A DNA stretch of 43,557 nt from Actinomycetota bacterium (GCA_046095085.1 JBJTIQ010000069.1:1-43557); one strand, 5' to 3'. Shown: positions 18,685 through 27,868, counted from the stretch's first letter. Numbers and translations are program-made. The notes: a model not told the origin generated them from the letters alone.

Positions 18685-19173
18685 ATGCCTATCTCCGTTG
18701 GCGATCGGATCCCCGACGCGACCTTGCGTGTCATGAACGACGGTGCACCTCAGCCCGTGCCCGCAGCCGAACTCCTCGGCACCGGACGCGTGGTCCTCTT
18801 CGCCGTTCCGGGAGCCTTCACCCCCACCTGCTCCGCGGTCCACCTGCCTTCCTACGTCGACACCGCCACTGACCTCGCCGCCGCCGGTGTCGATCGGATC
18901 GTGTGCCTGTCTGTGAACGACCCCTTCGTGATGTCTGCCTGGGGCGCATCTCAGGGCGTGGGCGACGAGATCGTGCTCGCTTCGGACGGCAATGCCGAGT
19001 TCACTCGTGCTGTGGGCATGGAGGTCGACGCGTCCCGGGGCGGACTCGGCGTACGCTCCAAGCGCTATGCCATGGTCATCGACGAGGGCGTGGTTACGAC
19101 CTTCCTCCCCGAAGAAGACGGCTTCTCGGCTCTGGTGAGCACGGGTCAGTGCGTGCTTGACGCGCTGAGATAA
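18685..19173 (+). CDS. peroxiredoxin, Prx5-like
   Basis: RBS GAGGAG. The peroxidatic Cys context FAVPGAFTPTCS and VNDPFVM.AW are typical of the Prx5 subfamily. Confidence 0.85.
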   Translation: MPISVGDRIPDATLRVMNDGAPQPVPAAELLGTGRVVLFAVPGAFTPTCSAVHLPSYVDTATDLAAAGVDRIVCLSVNDPFVMSAWGASQGVGDEIVLASDGNAEFTRAVGMEVDASRGGLGVRSKRYAMVIDEGVVTTFLPEEDGFSALVSTGQCVLDALR

Positions 19174-19176
19174 GAC

Positions 19177-21480
19177 TCACGCCACCGCCGCGGCGCTTGT
19201 CGCCAGCACGCGCGGCAGATCGCCGGTGTAGGCGACGATCAACTCGCGCGTTGCCCGTGTGAGGGCGACATACAGATCGCTCCCCGGCCGGGGTGACTCG
19301 AGGTCGATCAACCCCGGCTCGGCGACCACCACGATGTCGAACTCCAGTCCCTTGGCCTGCTGAACCGTCAGCACGACGACCGGCGCATCGAGGCGGGCGT
19401 CGCCATCACCAACGAAGCCCGCGGGGAGGACCCCGCGCAGGGCCTCCTCGACAGGGCCCACGAGGCTCGGCGCGGTGATCACGCCGAGGCGCCCGAGATC
19501 GGGGTCGACGACGATGTCCTTGACGAGCGACGCCACTTCTTCGATGCCCAGCAGGCGGGCGAGTACGGGCGGAAGCCCGTCGCGGATCGACTCGACCTGG
19601 CTCGGCTCGCGCCCCAGCGCGCGCATGACGTCCTGCGCGAGTTCCATGAATGGACGCGGCGTCCGGTAGTTGACGGTCAAGCGCTCGACCCGCCAGCGCT
19701 GCTCGCCGCCGGGTCGCGCCTTCGCAATATCGCCAAGGGCCTGCGACCAAGTGGCTGGACCGGCCGAGGATGACGACTGATCAAGGTCGCCGACGACCGT
19801 CATCGACAACGACGGGCAGCGTCGGGCCAGGAGGCGCCAGGCCATCGGCGACAGCTCCTGCGCCTCGTCGACGACGATGTGTCCGTAGACCCACTCTCGG
19901 TCATCGGCAGCTCGCTCGGCCAAGGAGATGCTCTCGCCCGCGGTGGCGTAGCGATCAATGAGTTGGTCGGCCGAGACTCCTCGAGTGCCGGTCATCTCGA
20001 GCACCGACTGCGCGTAGTCCATCTCGGCTCGGCGGTCGGCGCTGGTACGAGCCTGGGCGAGGCGATCCGCCTCGTCGTCGACTCCCAGTGCCTCTGCCGC
20101 CTCGTCGAGCAGGGGAACGTCGGCCGGGGTCCACGGAGCTCCTCGGTCGCGCTGGAGCAGTTCGCGCTGATCGGGCCTGAGGTGAGGGGCCGCCGCGGCC
20201 AGCAGGTCGGGGCGCGCCCACAGGTCGGCGATGACCTGCTCCGGTGTCAGCGGCATCCATGCGAGGTTGACCTCACGGCGGACGTCGGGCGAGTCGCGCA
20301 GGTCGGAGATGAGCACATCTCGGTGGTTGTCGAGATCGACGCGCGCCTCGTCGGCCAGGGCCTGAGCCAGCGTCTCGAGCAGGGTGAGCGCAAATGTGCG
20401 CCTGGCCACGTTGTGGGGGCGCCGTGTCGCGCGCGCACGATCGCGTGCGGCCGCGACCATGTCTGGCGTCATGACGATTCGAGCGCTCCCGACGGCGAGG
20501 GTTCGCGGGCCATCAGGGATCCGCTGCCTCATCCGCACTGCCCGAGAGATGACATCGGCCATGCGCGAAGAACCCTTGAGCGCAGCGATGTCGTCAGGTT
20601 CCCACGCCCGCGCATCGACACCGGGATACAACTGTCCCGGCGTCGCGAGAACCGCCGATGTCTCGCCAAGTGCGGGCAGGACTTGGCCGATGTAGTGCAG
20701 GAAGATGCGGTTGGGTCCGACGATCAGCACGCCACTGCGAGAGAGCTTCTCCCGGTGCGTGTAGAGGAGGTAGGCGGCCCGATGCAGGGCCACCACTGTC
20801 TTGCCGCACCCCGGACCCCCCTCCACCACGAGGATGCCGGGCAGCGGGGAGCGCACGATGGCATCCTGCTCAGCCTGCATCGTTGCCACGATGTCGTGCA
20901 TTCGACCCGTGCGCCGGGCCGCGAGTGCGGCCATCAGCACTCCGCCGCCCTGCACATCGTCGGCCCCGATGCCTGCTCCGCCCTCTGCCAGGGCTTCCAG
21001 GTCGAGCACGTCGTCCTCGAGGGCGGATACTTCGCGGCCCTCCGTGACGATGTGCCGACGCCGTACGACGCCGCGGGGAAGTGCGGACGTCGCCTGGTAG
21101 AACGGCTCGGCTGCAGGCGCCCGCCAGTCGGTGAGCAGCGGCTGCTGGTCGTCGTCGGCTAGCCCCACGCGCCCGATGTATCTGACGGTGCCGTCATTGA
21201 GATCAAGGCGGCCAAAGCACAGACGGGTCTGCGCGGCGGCGAGTGCTTCGAGTCGCTCGGTATAGAGGCGGACGAACGCCTCCTGCTCGGTGAGGGCGGC
21301 GGGAGTGCCGGCCGTCTGCTCGCGCTGTGTGCGACGAAGATCCTCACGCGCGCGCTCGAGCAGGTGGTCGAGTCGGGCATAGAGGGCGGCGACGCGTTCG
21401 CGTTCGGTCGCGAGTTCGCGCTCGCGCCGCGCGGCCGCAGAAGCGGCTGAGCCGCTGTGCTCGGCAGCGTGGGCCGACAT
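19177..21480 (-). CDS. helD: HelD-like UvrD/Rep superfamily-1 helicase (RNA-polymerase-associated ATPase class)
   Basis: N-terminal coiled-coil region; LCFGRLDL...YIGR.GL and LLTDWRAPAAEPFY (HelD signature region); Walker A GGPGCGKT; C-terminal GLEFD..VV and YVALTRA. Confidence 0.75.
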   Translation of the reverse strand: MSAHAAEHSGSAASAAARRERELATERERVAALYARLDHLLERAREDLRRTQREQTAGTPAALTEQEAFVRLYTERLEALAAAQTRLCFGRLDLNDGTVRYIGRVGLADDDQQPLLTDWRAPAAEPFYQATSALPRGVVRRRHIVTEGREVSALEDDVLDLEALAEGGAGIGADDVQGGGVLMAALAARRTGRMHDIVATMQAEQDAIVRSPLPGILVVEGGPGCGKTVVALHRAAYLLYTHREKLSRSGVLIVGPNRIFLHYIGQVLPALGETSAVLATPGQLYPGVDARAWEPDDIAALKGSSRMADVISRAVRMRQRIPDGPRTLAVGSARIVMTPDMVAAARDRARATRRPHNVARRTFALTLLETLAQALADEARVDLDNHRDVLISDLRDSPDVRREVNLAWMPLTPEQVIADLWARPDLLAAAAPHLRPDQRELLQRDRGAPWTPADVPLLDEAAEALGVDDEADRLAQARTSADRRAEMDYAQSVLEMTGTRGVSADQLIDRYATAGESISLAERAADDREWVYGHIVVDEAQELSPMAWRLLARRCPSLSMTVVGDLDQSSSSAGPATWSQALGDIAKARPGGEQRWRVERLTVNYRTPRPFMELAQDVMRALGREPSQVESIRDGLPPVLARLLGIEEVASLVKDIVVDPDLGRLGVITAPSLVGPVEEALRGVLPAGFVGDGDARLDAPVVVLTVQQAKGLEFDIVVVAEPGLIDLESPRPGSDLYVALTRATRELIVAYTGDLPRVLATSAAAVA

Positions 21481-21545
21481 ATCGCCCTCCCGGATTTGGG
21501 GGAGGATCGATCATGCCGCATCCGGCGGCAGGGGGCACGGCGGGG

Positions 21546-22634
21546 TCAGCTGTCGGGGGCGTCCAGCGCGCGACTGTTGTCGATCCAGGTGGCCCAGTCG
21601 ACGTTCCACATGGCCCCCGGCCCCTCCCACGGATCGATCGGCAGCCCGGTGTCGGTCGTGATGACCGGGTCGCCCTCGAGTGCGCGCCCGAAGAACCACA
21701 TGCCGTCCTCGTAGGACACGTTGGTGCAGCCGTGCGATGTCGAGTAGAGGCCGAGGTTGTGTTCGTTCCACGGTGCGGCGTGCAGGAATTCACCGCTCGG
21801 AGTCAGTCGAAGCGCGTAGGGAACGTCGACGTCGTAAGGCTCGCGAGGCCCGGGGTTGACCATGCGCTTCATGGCGTAGCGCTCCATGATCGCCTTGATG
21901 CCTGAGGTGGTCTCCCATGTGGGCTTGCCGAGCGACACCGGCACCTTGCGAATGGTGAGGCCGTCACGCTTGACCTTGCCGATGAGTTTGTTCGCGGAGA
22001 CCTCAAGCGTCTGCGAGCGTCCGACGAGGAACTTCACGTCAGGATTGAACGTCGCGAAGCCGTGCTTCTTCCACGAGAAGTCAACCTTCACGTCGGTGTA
22101 GGCGGGCCAGAAGGTCTCCGGACGGAAAGCGAGGGTGTTGTCGTCGAACCAGCTCCACGAGGCGTTTTCGAGCGGCTTGCTCGTGATGACCCTGGCCGAG
22201 CGCTCCAGGAGGCCCTTGAGCTCATCGGGTACGGCGTAGGCGAAGTCGATGCGAATGACGATTCCGACGCCGTACACGCCCTTGACCGTGCTGGGGTAGA
22301 CCTCCGACACGATGGCGGGGTCTTTGTCCCATTCCAGATCGGCCACATCAGCGGTGTAATCGCGAGTCCCCTCCGCACCGAGATAGGCGGGAGTGACCAC
22401 CGGCGTGGCGGGCACGCTGCCGGCGTCGGGTGCCGGGCCCTCGTCGGTGGGCGACGGGGTGACGATCGACGCAACGGCGAGATCAAGCGCTGGCGCCCAC
22501 GGGACACGAAGTCCCGCGGCCAGACCCCCCGCCACCGCTACGAGGGCAAGGACGAGCGCGCCGACCGCGAGGCCAGCGAAACGTAGGCCCGGCCGTCGGT
22601 GAGTCTCCGAGGGCCGGGCATGCCGTCCTGCCAC
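21546..22634 (-). CDS. L,D-transpeptidase (YkuD domain) with N-terminal membrane anchor
   Basis: Catalytic motif STSHGCTNV near the C-terminus and TM segment LAVGALVLALVAVAGGL. I place the start at GTG 22634 because the ORF's first ATG (22799) lies inside repeat copy B. The start is uncertain. Confidence 0.7.
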   Translation of the reverse strand: MAGRHARPSETHRRPGLRFAGLAVGALVLALVAVAGGLAAGLRVPWAPALDLAVASIVTPSPTDEGPAPDAGSVPATPVVTPAYLGAEGTRDYTADVADLEWDKDPAIVSEVYPSTVKGVYGVGIVIRIDFAYAVPDELKGLLERSARVITSKPLENASWSWFDDNTLAFRPETFWPAYTDVKVDFSWKKHGFATFNPDVKFLVGRSQTLEVSANKLIGKVKRDGLTIRKVPVSLGKPTWETTSGIKAIMERYAMKRMVNPGPREPYDVDVPYALRLTPSGEFLHAAPWNEHNLGLYSTSHGCTNVSYEDGMWFFGRALEGDPVITTDTGLPIDPWEGPGAMWNVDWATWIDNSRALDAPDS

Positions 22635-22730
22635 GTCCCCAATGGTGAGGCACGGTGGGTCGAATGGGGCGAACGAGGCGGGTGTGGCGCGCGGGGCGTT
22701 ATCGTTCCGTGACCCGAGTGGTAGGACTCG

Positions 22731-22850
22731 CCCCACCCCCCTCACCGTTTGTCCCACGTTGTGGGAGAGGTGGTCGATATACGCCTCCCCGGGGCCCAAA
22801 ACCGACCATTCGTCCCACTTTGTGGGACAAACGCGGTGGGGGTGCGGGGC
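22731..22850. repeat. composite palindromic intergenic repeat, copy B
   Basis: Same architecture and orientation as 7931..8050. The palindromes are GTCCCAC-GTT-GTGGGAG (22751-22767) and a perfect GTCCCAC-TTT-GTGGGAC (22812-22828), again 61 bp apart. The GGTCGATAT box and the C-rich/G-rich ends are present. Confidence 0.65.
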
Positions 22851-22866
22851 ATGTCAGGCTGCCCCT

Positions 22867-23310
22867 GTGGACGACGAGACCGACCGCCTCCTGATCCGCC
22901 TCCTGGCGGCCGATGGACGCATGTCGTTCGCCGACCTGGCCCGCGAGTCGGGCCTGTCGACCTCCGCAGTCCATCAGCGCGTACGCCGTCTCGAGCAGCG
23001 CGGCGTGATCACCGGCTACGGCGCACGCTTCGACGACCGACTGATCGGGCTTCCCCTCACCGCTCTGGTCGACCTGACGCCCCTCGACCCGGCAGCGCCC
23101 GACGACATCCCCGAGCGCCTCGTCGACATCGCCGAGATCGAGTCATGCTGGTCTGTGGCGGGGTCAGCGTCGTACGTCGTGAAGGTGCGCGTGGCCGAGC
23201 CCGTAGACCTTGAGGATCTCCTCGCCCGGATTCGTGCCACGGCCGGGGTGTCGACGCGCACGACCATCGTGCTGTCCACGCCCTTCGAGGGACGCGCACC
23301 CAACGTCTAG
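22867..23310 (+). CDS. Lrp/AsnC-family transcriptional regulator
   Basis: GTG at 22867. HTH region DETDRLLIRLLAADGRMSFADLARESGLSTSAVHQRVRRLEQRGVI, followed by a RAM-like C-terminal domain. The upstream ORF extension runs through the repeat and is rejected. Confidence 0.8.
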   Translation: MDDETDRLLIRLLAADGRMSFADLARESGLSTSAVHQRVRRLEQRGVITGYGARFDDRLIGLPLTALVDLTPLDPAAPDDIPERLVDIAEIESCWSVAGSASYVVKVRVAEPVDLEDLLARIRATAGVSTRTTIVLSTPFEGRAPNV

Positions 23311-23316
23311 GCGCAC

Positions 23317-24363
23317 CTACTCCTCGAAGAGCGGAATCACCGAGGTCGCATCCCAGGCCACTCCCACGTCACTGCCTCGTGATGGCAGTACGTCGTCACG
23401 CACATTGGCGAGAAAGGCCACCTCGTCGACCTTCACGAGGGCAAGGGCGTGATCCCCCTGGAAGTAGACCTCCTGCACCGTCCCGCGACGCACGGCGGCA
23501 GCGTCGTCGGTCGTGGTCAGGCGCACAGCCTCGGGCCTGAGGGCAATGGCTATGGCACCTGCGCAGTCCGCGCCTGCAGCGATGGCTCCGACGCCCACGG
23601 CCTGCCATGCACCGTCGGCGTATGTGCCCTTCAGGATGGTGCTCGAGCCGATGAAGTCGGCCACGAAGATGCTGCGCGGACGACGATAGAGGTCGAGGGG
23701 CGCATCGAGCTGTCGCACGACCCCCTCGTCCATCACGGCCACCCGGTCGGCCAGGCTCATGGCCTCGTCCTGATCGTGGGTGACGACGACAAACGTGATA
23801 CCGACTTCATGTTGAAGTCGCTTGAGCTCGATCTGCATCTCGCCACGGATCTTTCGGTCGAGAGCGGAGAGCGGCTCATCGAGAAGCAGGAGTCGCGGGC
23901 GCTTCACGATGGCGCGGGCAAGGGCGACCCGCTGACGCTGTCCACCGCTGAGCTCACGCGGCAGTGATGAACGCTTGTCGGTCAGGCCCACGGTCCGAAG
24001 GACCTCGTCGACCCGGGCGCGGATCTCATCGCGCGGCAACCTCTCGCAGACGAGGCCATAGGCGACATTGCGCTCGACGGTCATGTGCGGAAAGAGCGCG
24101 TAGGACTGGAACATCAGGTTGACGGCCCGCTTCTCGGGAGGAATGGGCAGCAGGTCGACACCATCGAGCGTGACCGTGCCCTCATCGGGCTGCTCGAAGC
24201 CGGCGATCACGCGCAACAGCGTCGTCTTGCCGCACCCCGATGGACCGAGCAGCGCGAAGAACTCGTTTTCGTGGATCTCCAAGCTGACGTCGTCGAGAGC
24301 ACGTGTGTCGCCGAAGGAGCGGCTGACGCCGTGAATGTTGAGCAACGCGGTGCCGGCGGTCAC
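23317..24363 (-). CDS. ABC transporter ATP-binding protein (PotA/polyamine-opine importer type)
   Basis: Walker A GPSGCGKTT, signature LSGGQRQRVALARA, Walker B LLLLDEPLSALD, and a C-terminal TOBE-like regulatory domain. Confidence 0.9.
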   Translation of the reverse strand: MTAGTALLNIHGVSRSFGDTRALDDVSLEIHENEFFALLGPSGCGKTTLLRVIAGFEQPDEGTVTLDGVDLLPIPPEKRAVNLMFQSYALFPHMTVERNVAYGLVCERLPRDEIRARVDEVLRTVGLTDKRSSLPRELSGGQRQRVALARAIVKRPRLLLLDEPLSALDRKIRGEMQIELKRLQHEVGITFVVVTHDQDEAMSLADRVAVMDEGVVRQLDAPLDLYRRPRSIFVADFIGSSTILKGTYADGAWQAVGVGAIAAGADCAGAIAIALRPEAVRLTTTDDAAAVRRGTVQEVYFQGDHALALVKVDEVAFLANVRDDVLPSRGSDVGVAWDATSVIPLFEE

Positions 24364-25148
24364 GGTCGCGCCTCCCTTCGACGAAGCGAGTCTCCCAGGC
24401 GGGACGTTCGCTGGATGAGCAGAACGGCGATGAATGACACGAGCAGCAGGAGGGTGGCGAGGGCATTCACCTGTGGTGTCACGCCGAAGCGCACGCTCGA
24501 GTAGATGACAATGGGCAACGTCGGGTCAGCGGGTGACGCGGTGAAGAACGCGACGGTGAACTCGTCGAGGCTGAGCGTGAAGGCCAGGAGCGCGCCGGCG
24601 ATGATCGCCGGACGGATGCCCGGAAGCGTGACGCTCCAGAAGGTCTTCAGGCTTGACGCCCCCAGGTCGCGACTGGCTTCTTCGAGGCTGGAGTCCATGC
24701 CAGCGAGGCGCACGCGCACCACGGCGGCGACGAACGCGATCCCGAAGACCGAGTGCGCGAGGATCACGCTGAAGGCCCCGAGGGTGAAGTTGACCAGCGT
24801 GTAGAAGGCGAGCAAGCCGATCGCCAGCATGATGTCGGGCATCACAGCGGGTGCGGCTGCCGCAGCGTCGAGGAACCGAGACGGGAAGTAGCGCTCGAGG
24901 GCCAGGGCCAGCAGCGTGCCGAGAATCACGGAGATCACCGTCGTGCCCGACGCCACGATGAGGGTGGTGCGAAGACCTCCCATGATGTCGGCATCCTGGA
25001 GAAGCGCCGGATACCACTCGAGCGAGAAGCCGCTCCACAGGAACGGATTGTCGGAGGCGTTGAAGCTCATCACGATAACGACGGCGATGGGCACGTAGAG
25101 GAAGATGTAGAGCACCCATAGTGGAGCAACACCCATGGCGCGCCTCAT
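24360..25148 (-). CDS. ABC transporter permease (PotC-like)
   Basis: ATG at 25148 overlaps the upstream stop (TGATG). EAA loop LEEASRDLGASSLKTFWSVTLPGIRP; six TM segments. The ORF extension to 25427 is rejected. Confidence 0.85.
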   Translation of the reverse strand: MRRAMGVAPLWVLYIFLYVPIAVVIVMSFNASDNPFLWSGFSLEWYPALLQDADIMGGLRTTLIVASGTTVISVILGTLLALALERYFPSRFLDAAAAAPAVMPDIMLAIGLLAFYTLVNFTLGAFSVILAHSVFGIAFVAAVVRVRLAGMDSSLEEASRDLGASSLKTFWSVTLPGIRPAIIAGALLAFTLSLDEFTVAFFTASPADPTLPIVIYSSVRFGVTPQVNALATLLLLVSFIAVLLIQRTSRLGDSLRRREARP

Positions 25149-26026
25149 CAGGCACCCCACTTGCGCGAACGGCGCGCCGCGCTCGCCTGCAGCATGACGA
25201 TGATGACCAGCAGCGCGAGTACGAGCAAAGACAGGGCAGAGCCGAACGGCCAGTCGCGGGACTTCAGGAACTGATCGCGAATGAGATTTCCGATCATCTG
25301 GGAGTTGCCACCACCGAGGAGCTCGGGGATCACGAAGTTGCCCAAACTCGGGATGAAGACGAAGAGGCAGCCCGTGATGATTCCCGGCATCGTGAGCGGA
25401 AGGAGGATCGTGCGAAATCGACGCCACGGCCCAGCCCCGAGGTTGCAGGCAGCTTCGAGGAGCATCGGATCGAGTCGCTGCAGGGAGGCGTATACGGGCA
25501 GGACCATCAGCGGGATGTAGGCGTAGGTGAGACCGAGGATCACCGCCTCACGCGTATAGAGGACCTCGATGGGCCCGAGACCGATGAGCGCCAGTCCGTC
25601 GCTCAAGATCCCCTCTCGGTTGAGCAGCAGGATCCAGGCGTAGGTGCGGATGAGGAAGTTGGTCCAGAAGGGCAGGACCACGGCGATCAGCGCAACGGTC
25701 TGCCAACTCGGCGATAGGCGGGTGATCGCGAGAGCGGCCGGGAAGCCGATGAGGAAGGCGATGAACGTCGCGAGCCCGGCATTAACCACGCTGGAGGCCA
25801 GCACCTCGAGGTACAGCGGCTGGAAGAGTCGGGCGATGTTGTCAAGAGTCGCCGGGCCCTGCACGCCGCCGAAGCGGCCCGAGGTCAAGAAGGCGTAGGC
25901 GATGACGAGGCCGAGCGGAATGACCATGAGGACGAGCAGGTAGACAAGCGCCGGCACGCTGGAGAGTGCACGCAGCAGGGGCCCGTCGCCGCGGCGACGG
26001 ACCCCTGCTGTCGCGCGTGAGGTCAA
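25148..26026 (-). CDS. ABC transporter permease (PotB-like)
   Basis: EAA loop LEAACNLGAGPWRRFRTILLPLTMPG; six TM segments. It overlaps the SBP gene stop. Confidence 0.85.
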   Translation of the reverse strand: MTSRATAGVRRRGDGPLLRALSSVPALVYLLVLMVIPLGLVIAYAFLTSGRFGGVQGPATLDNIARLFQPLYLEVLASSVVNAGLATFIAFLIGFPAALAITRLSPSWQTVALIAVVLPFWTNFLIRTYAWILLLNREGILSDGLALIGLGPIEVLYTREAVILGLTYAYIPLMVLPVYASLQRLDPMLLEAACNLGAGPWRRFRTILLPLTMPGIITGCLFVFIPSLGNFVIPELLGGGNSQMIGNLIRDQFLKSRDWPFGSALSLLVLALLVIIVMLQASAARRSRKWGA

Positions 26027-27141
26027 CTCGCTTGAACCTCGGTGGCGATCTGCTGGTAGATCTTCGACGCGGCGCCGAGGTCGACCAGGCTTTCGCCCTT
26101 GGCCAGATCAGCCGGCGTCATGGCGATGTTGGGGAAGTCCGCCCCGAGCTCCGCGGCCGCCTTCTCGGCGACCGTCTTGTTGGGGCTCTTGTAGAGGATG
26201 TTGTTGGTCATCCATGACTGCATCTCATCACCAATCATGAAGTTGATGTAGGCCATGGCGGCTTCCTTGTTCTTGCTGGACTTCAGCACCACCATCGTGT
26301 CGGCCCACAGGTCGGCACCCTCGGACGGCACCACGAACTTCACGTTTGGATCGCCCGAGTAGTTGCACCAGCCATCCCACGCAACGGCCATGACGACCTC
26401 ACCGGCAGCCAGGCGGCTGTAGAAGGTCACGTCATCGAAGCCCAGCAGGGTGGGCTTGGTCTTGAGCAGCTGCTGCTTGATCTGCTCGAGCTCACCCTCG
26501 TCGGTGGTGTTGGCGCTGAAGCCGAGTGCCTTGGCCGCGGGCAGGTTCAGCCACGGCTGGGTCGCCAGCATCAACGTCTTCTTCTCGTATTCGGGCGCGG
26601 GATTGAGCAGGTCGTTCCATGAGGTGGGCGGGGCGGCCATGAGGTCCTCGCGGTAGCAGATGCCCGTTGTGCCCCAGGCGTAGGGAACGCTGAACGTGCT
26701 GCCCGGATCGAACGACAGGTTCTTGCTCTCCGGGTAGAGGTTGGCCATGTTGGGCACGAGGCGGGGATCGATCGGCTCGAGCAGCCCGGCCTCATTGAGC
26801 GCCTGCGCATATTGGCCCGACACGAAGGCAACATCGATGCCCGGATCGCCACCCGCGGTCAACTTACCGACGATCTCCTCGTTGGTCGCATGCTTGGCGA
26901 CCGTGATGTTGGCCTTCGTGGTGTCGGTGAACTTCAACGCAACGTCCGGATCCATGTAGGCATCCCAGTTGCTGACAACGATCGACTGCTTACTCAGATC
27001 GGCGCTGGGGTCAAGCGACGGAGAGGGACTTGCATCTCCGCCTGAGGATCCGCCACCGCATGCGGCCAGGAGGACGGCACAGACCGCTCCCGCGATGCCG
27101 AGGACGGAGGCCCGACGGGCCCGTGTCCGCTGTGTTGCCAT
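26023..27141 (-). CDS. ABC transporter substrate-binding lipoprotein (PotD/PotF family)
   Basis: ATG at 27141 after AAGGAG. Lipobox LLAAC-GGG. VVSNWDAYMDPDV...NEEIVGKLTAGG and PYAWGTTGI match the polyamine/opine-binding family. The ORF extension to 27501 is rejected. Confidence 0.85.
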   Translation of the reverse strand: MATQRTRARRASVLGIAGAVCAVLLAACGGGSSGGDASPSPSLDPSADLSKQSIVVSNWDAYMDPDVALKFTDTTKANITVAKHATNEEIVGKLTAGGDPGIDVAFVSGQYAQALNEAGLLEPIDPRLVPNMANLYPESKNLSFDPGSTFSVPYAWGTTGICYREDLMAAPPTSWNDLLNPAPEYEKKTLMLATQPWLNLPAAKALGFSANTTDEGELEQIKQQLLKTKPTLLGFDDVTFYSRLAAGEVVMAVAWDGWCNYSGDPNVKFVVPSEGADLWADTMVVLKSSKNKEAAMAYINFMIGDEMQSWMTNNILYKSPNKTVAEKAAAELGADFPNIAMTPADLAKGESLVDLGAASKIYQQIATEVQAS

Positions 27142-27170
27142 CTCTTCTCCTTCTCTCCTGTAACGCCACG

Positions 27171-27851
27171 TCACGAGGACTGCTCGCGACGACTCAATTG
27201 GATTTCGGGGAGGTCGCCGAGATCGACTCCCAGTTGCTCGCACGCAAACGAGCGAATCAGGCCGCGAACCCGCCCAAGAGGGGTCCACGAGTAGCCGACG
27301 ACCGTGCGGAAGCACAGGCCATCGACCATGGCGCTGATGCGTTCGGCCACCACCTCCGGCTCGCTCACGGGATGGAAGGCACCCGCAGCGGTGCCCTCCT
27401 GGACGAGCTTCACGAGTTCGTCGCGGTAGTCGGCGGCGAGCTCCTCGCACAGTGGCTGCAGCGAGGCATCGTGCGTCGCCGCCGTCCAGAGTTCGAGCCA
27501 AAGGACGTATTCGTCGTAGAGCACGCCCGGATGGGGAAGGCTGACCTCGAGGAGCGTGGCCAGCACCGTGAGGTAGTCGCCGTCGCGACGAAGCGCAGCA
27601 AAGCGCTCCGCCGGCTTGCCGATCGCCCAGCGCAGGGCGTCGACGAGCATCTCGTCCTTGCTGCCGAAGTAGTAGTGCACGATGCCGGTCGACACCCCGG
27701 CCTCGACGGCTACGTCCCGCACGCGCATGCCCGCCGAGCCGTCGCGCACCAGGACCCGCGCTGCTGCGGCCATGAGGTGCTCACGGCGGTCGAGGGCGTC
27801 ATCCGCCGACAGATTCGGCGGAATGGCCACCGACACATCCATGAGCGCCAT
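27171..27851 (-). CDS. TetR/AcrR-family transcriptional regulator
   Basis: HTH region MRVRDVAVEAGVSTGIVHYYFGSKDEML. It is the first gene of the minus-strand importer operon and is divergent from the gene at 27911. Confidence 0.85.
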   Translation of the reverse strand: MALMDVSVAIPPNLSADDALDRREHLMAAAARVLVRDGSAGMRVRDVAVEAGVSTGIVHYYFGSKDEMLVDALRWAIGKPAERFAALRRDGDYLTVLATLLEVSLPHPGVLYDEYVLWLELWTAATHDASLQPLCEELAADYRDELVKLVQEGTAAGAFHPVSEPEVVAERISAMVDGLCFRTVVGYSWTPLGRVRGLIRSFACEQLGVDLGDLPEIQLSRREQSS

Positions 27852-27868
27852 ACCTTGGGACTGTACTG

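Noticed and set aside
21481-21545. Calling a rifamycin-associated element (RAE) upstream of the HelD-like gene
   Set aside because: I cannot reliably recall the RAE consensus, and the 65-bp spacer shows only an SD-containing hairpin and a GATCGATC palindrome. I leave it as something to check rather than a feature.
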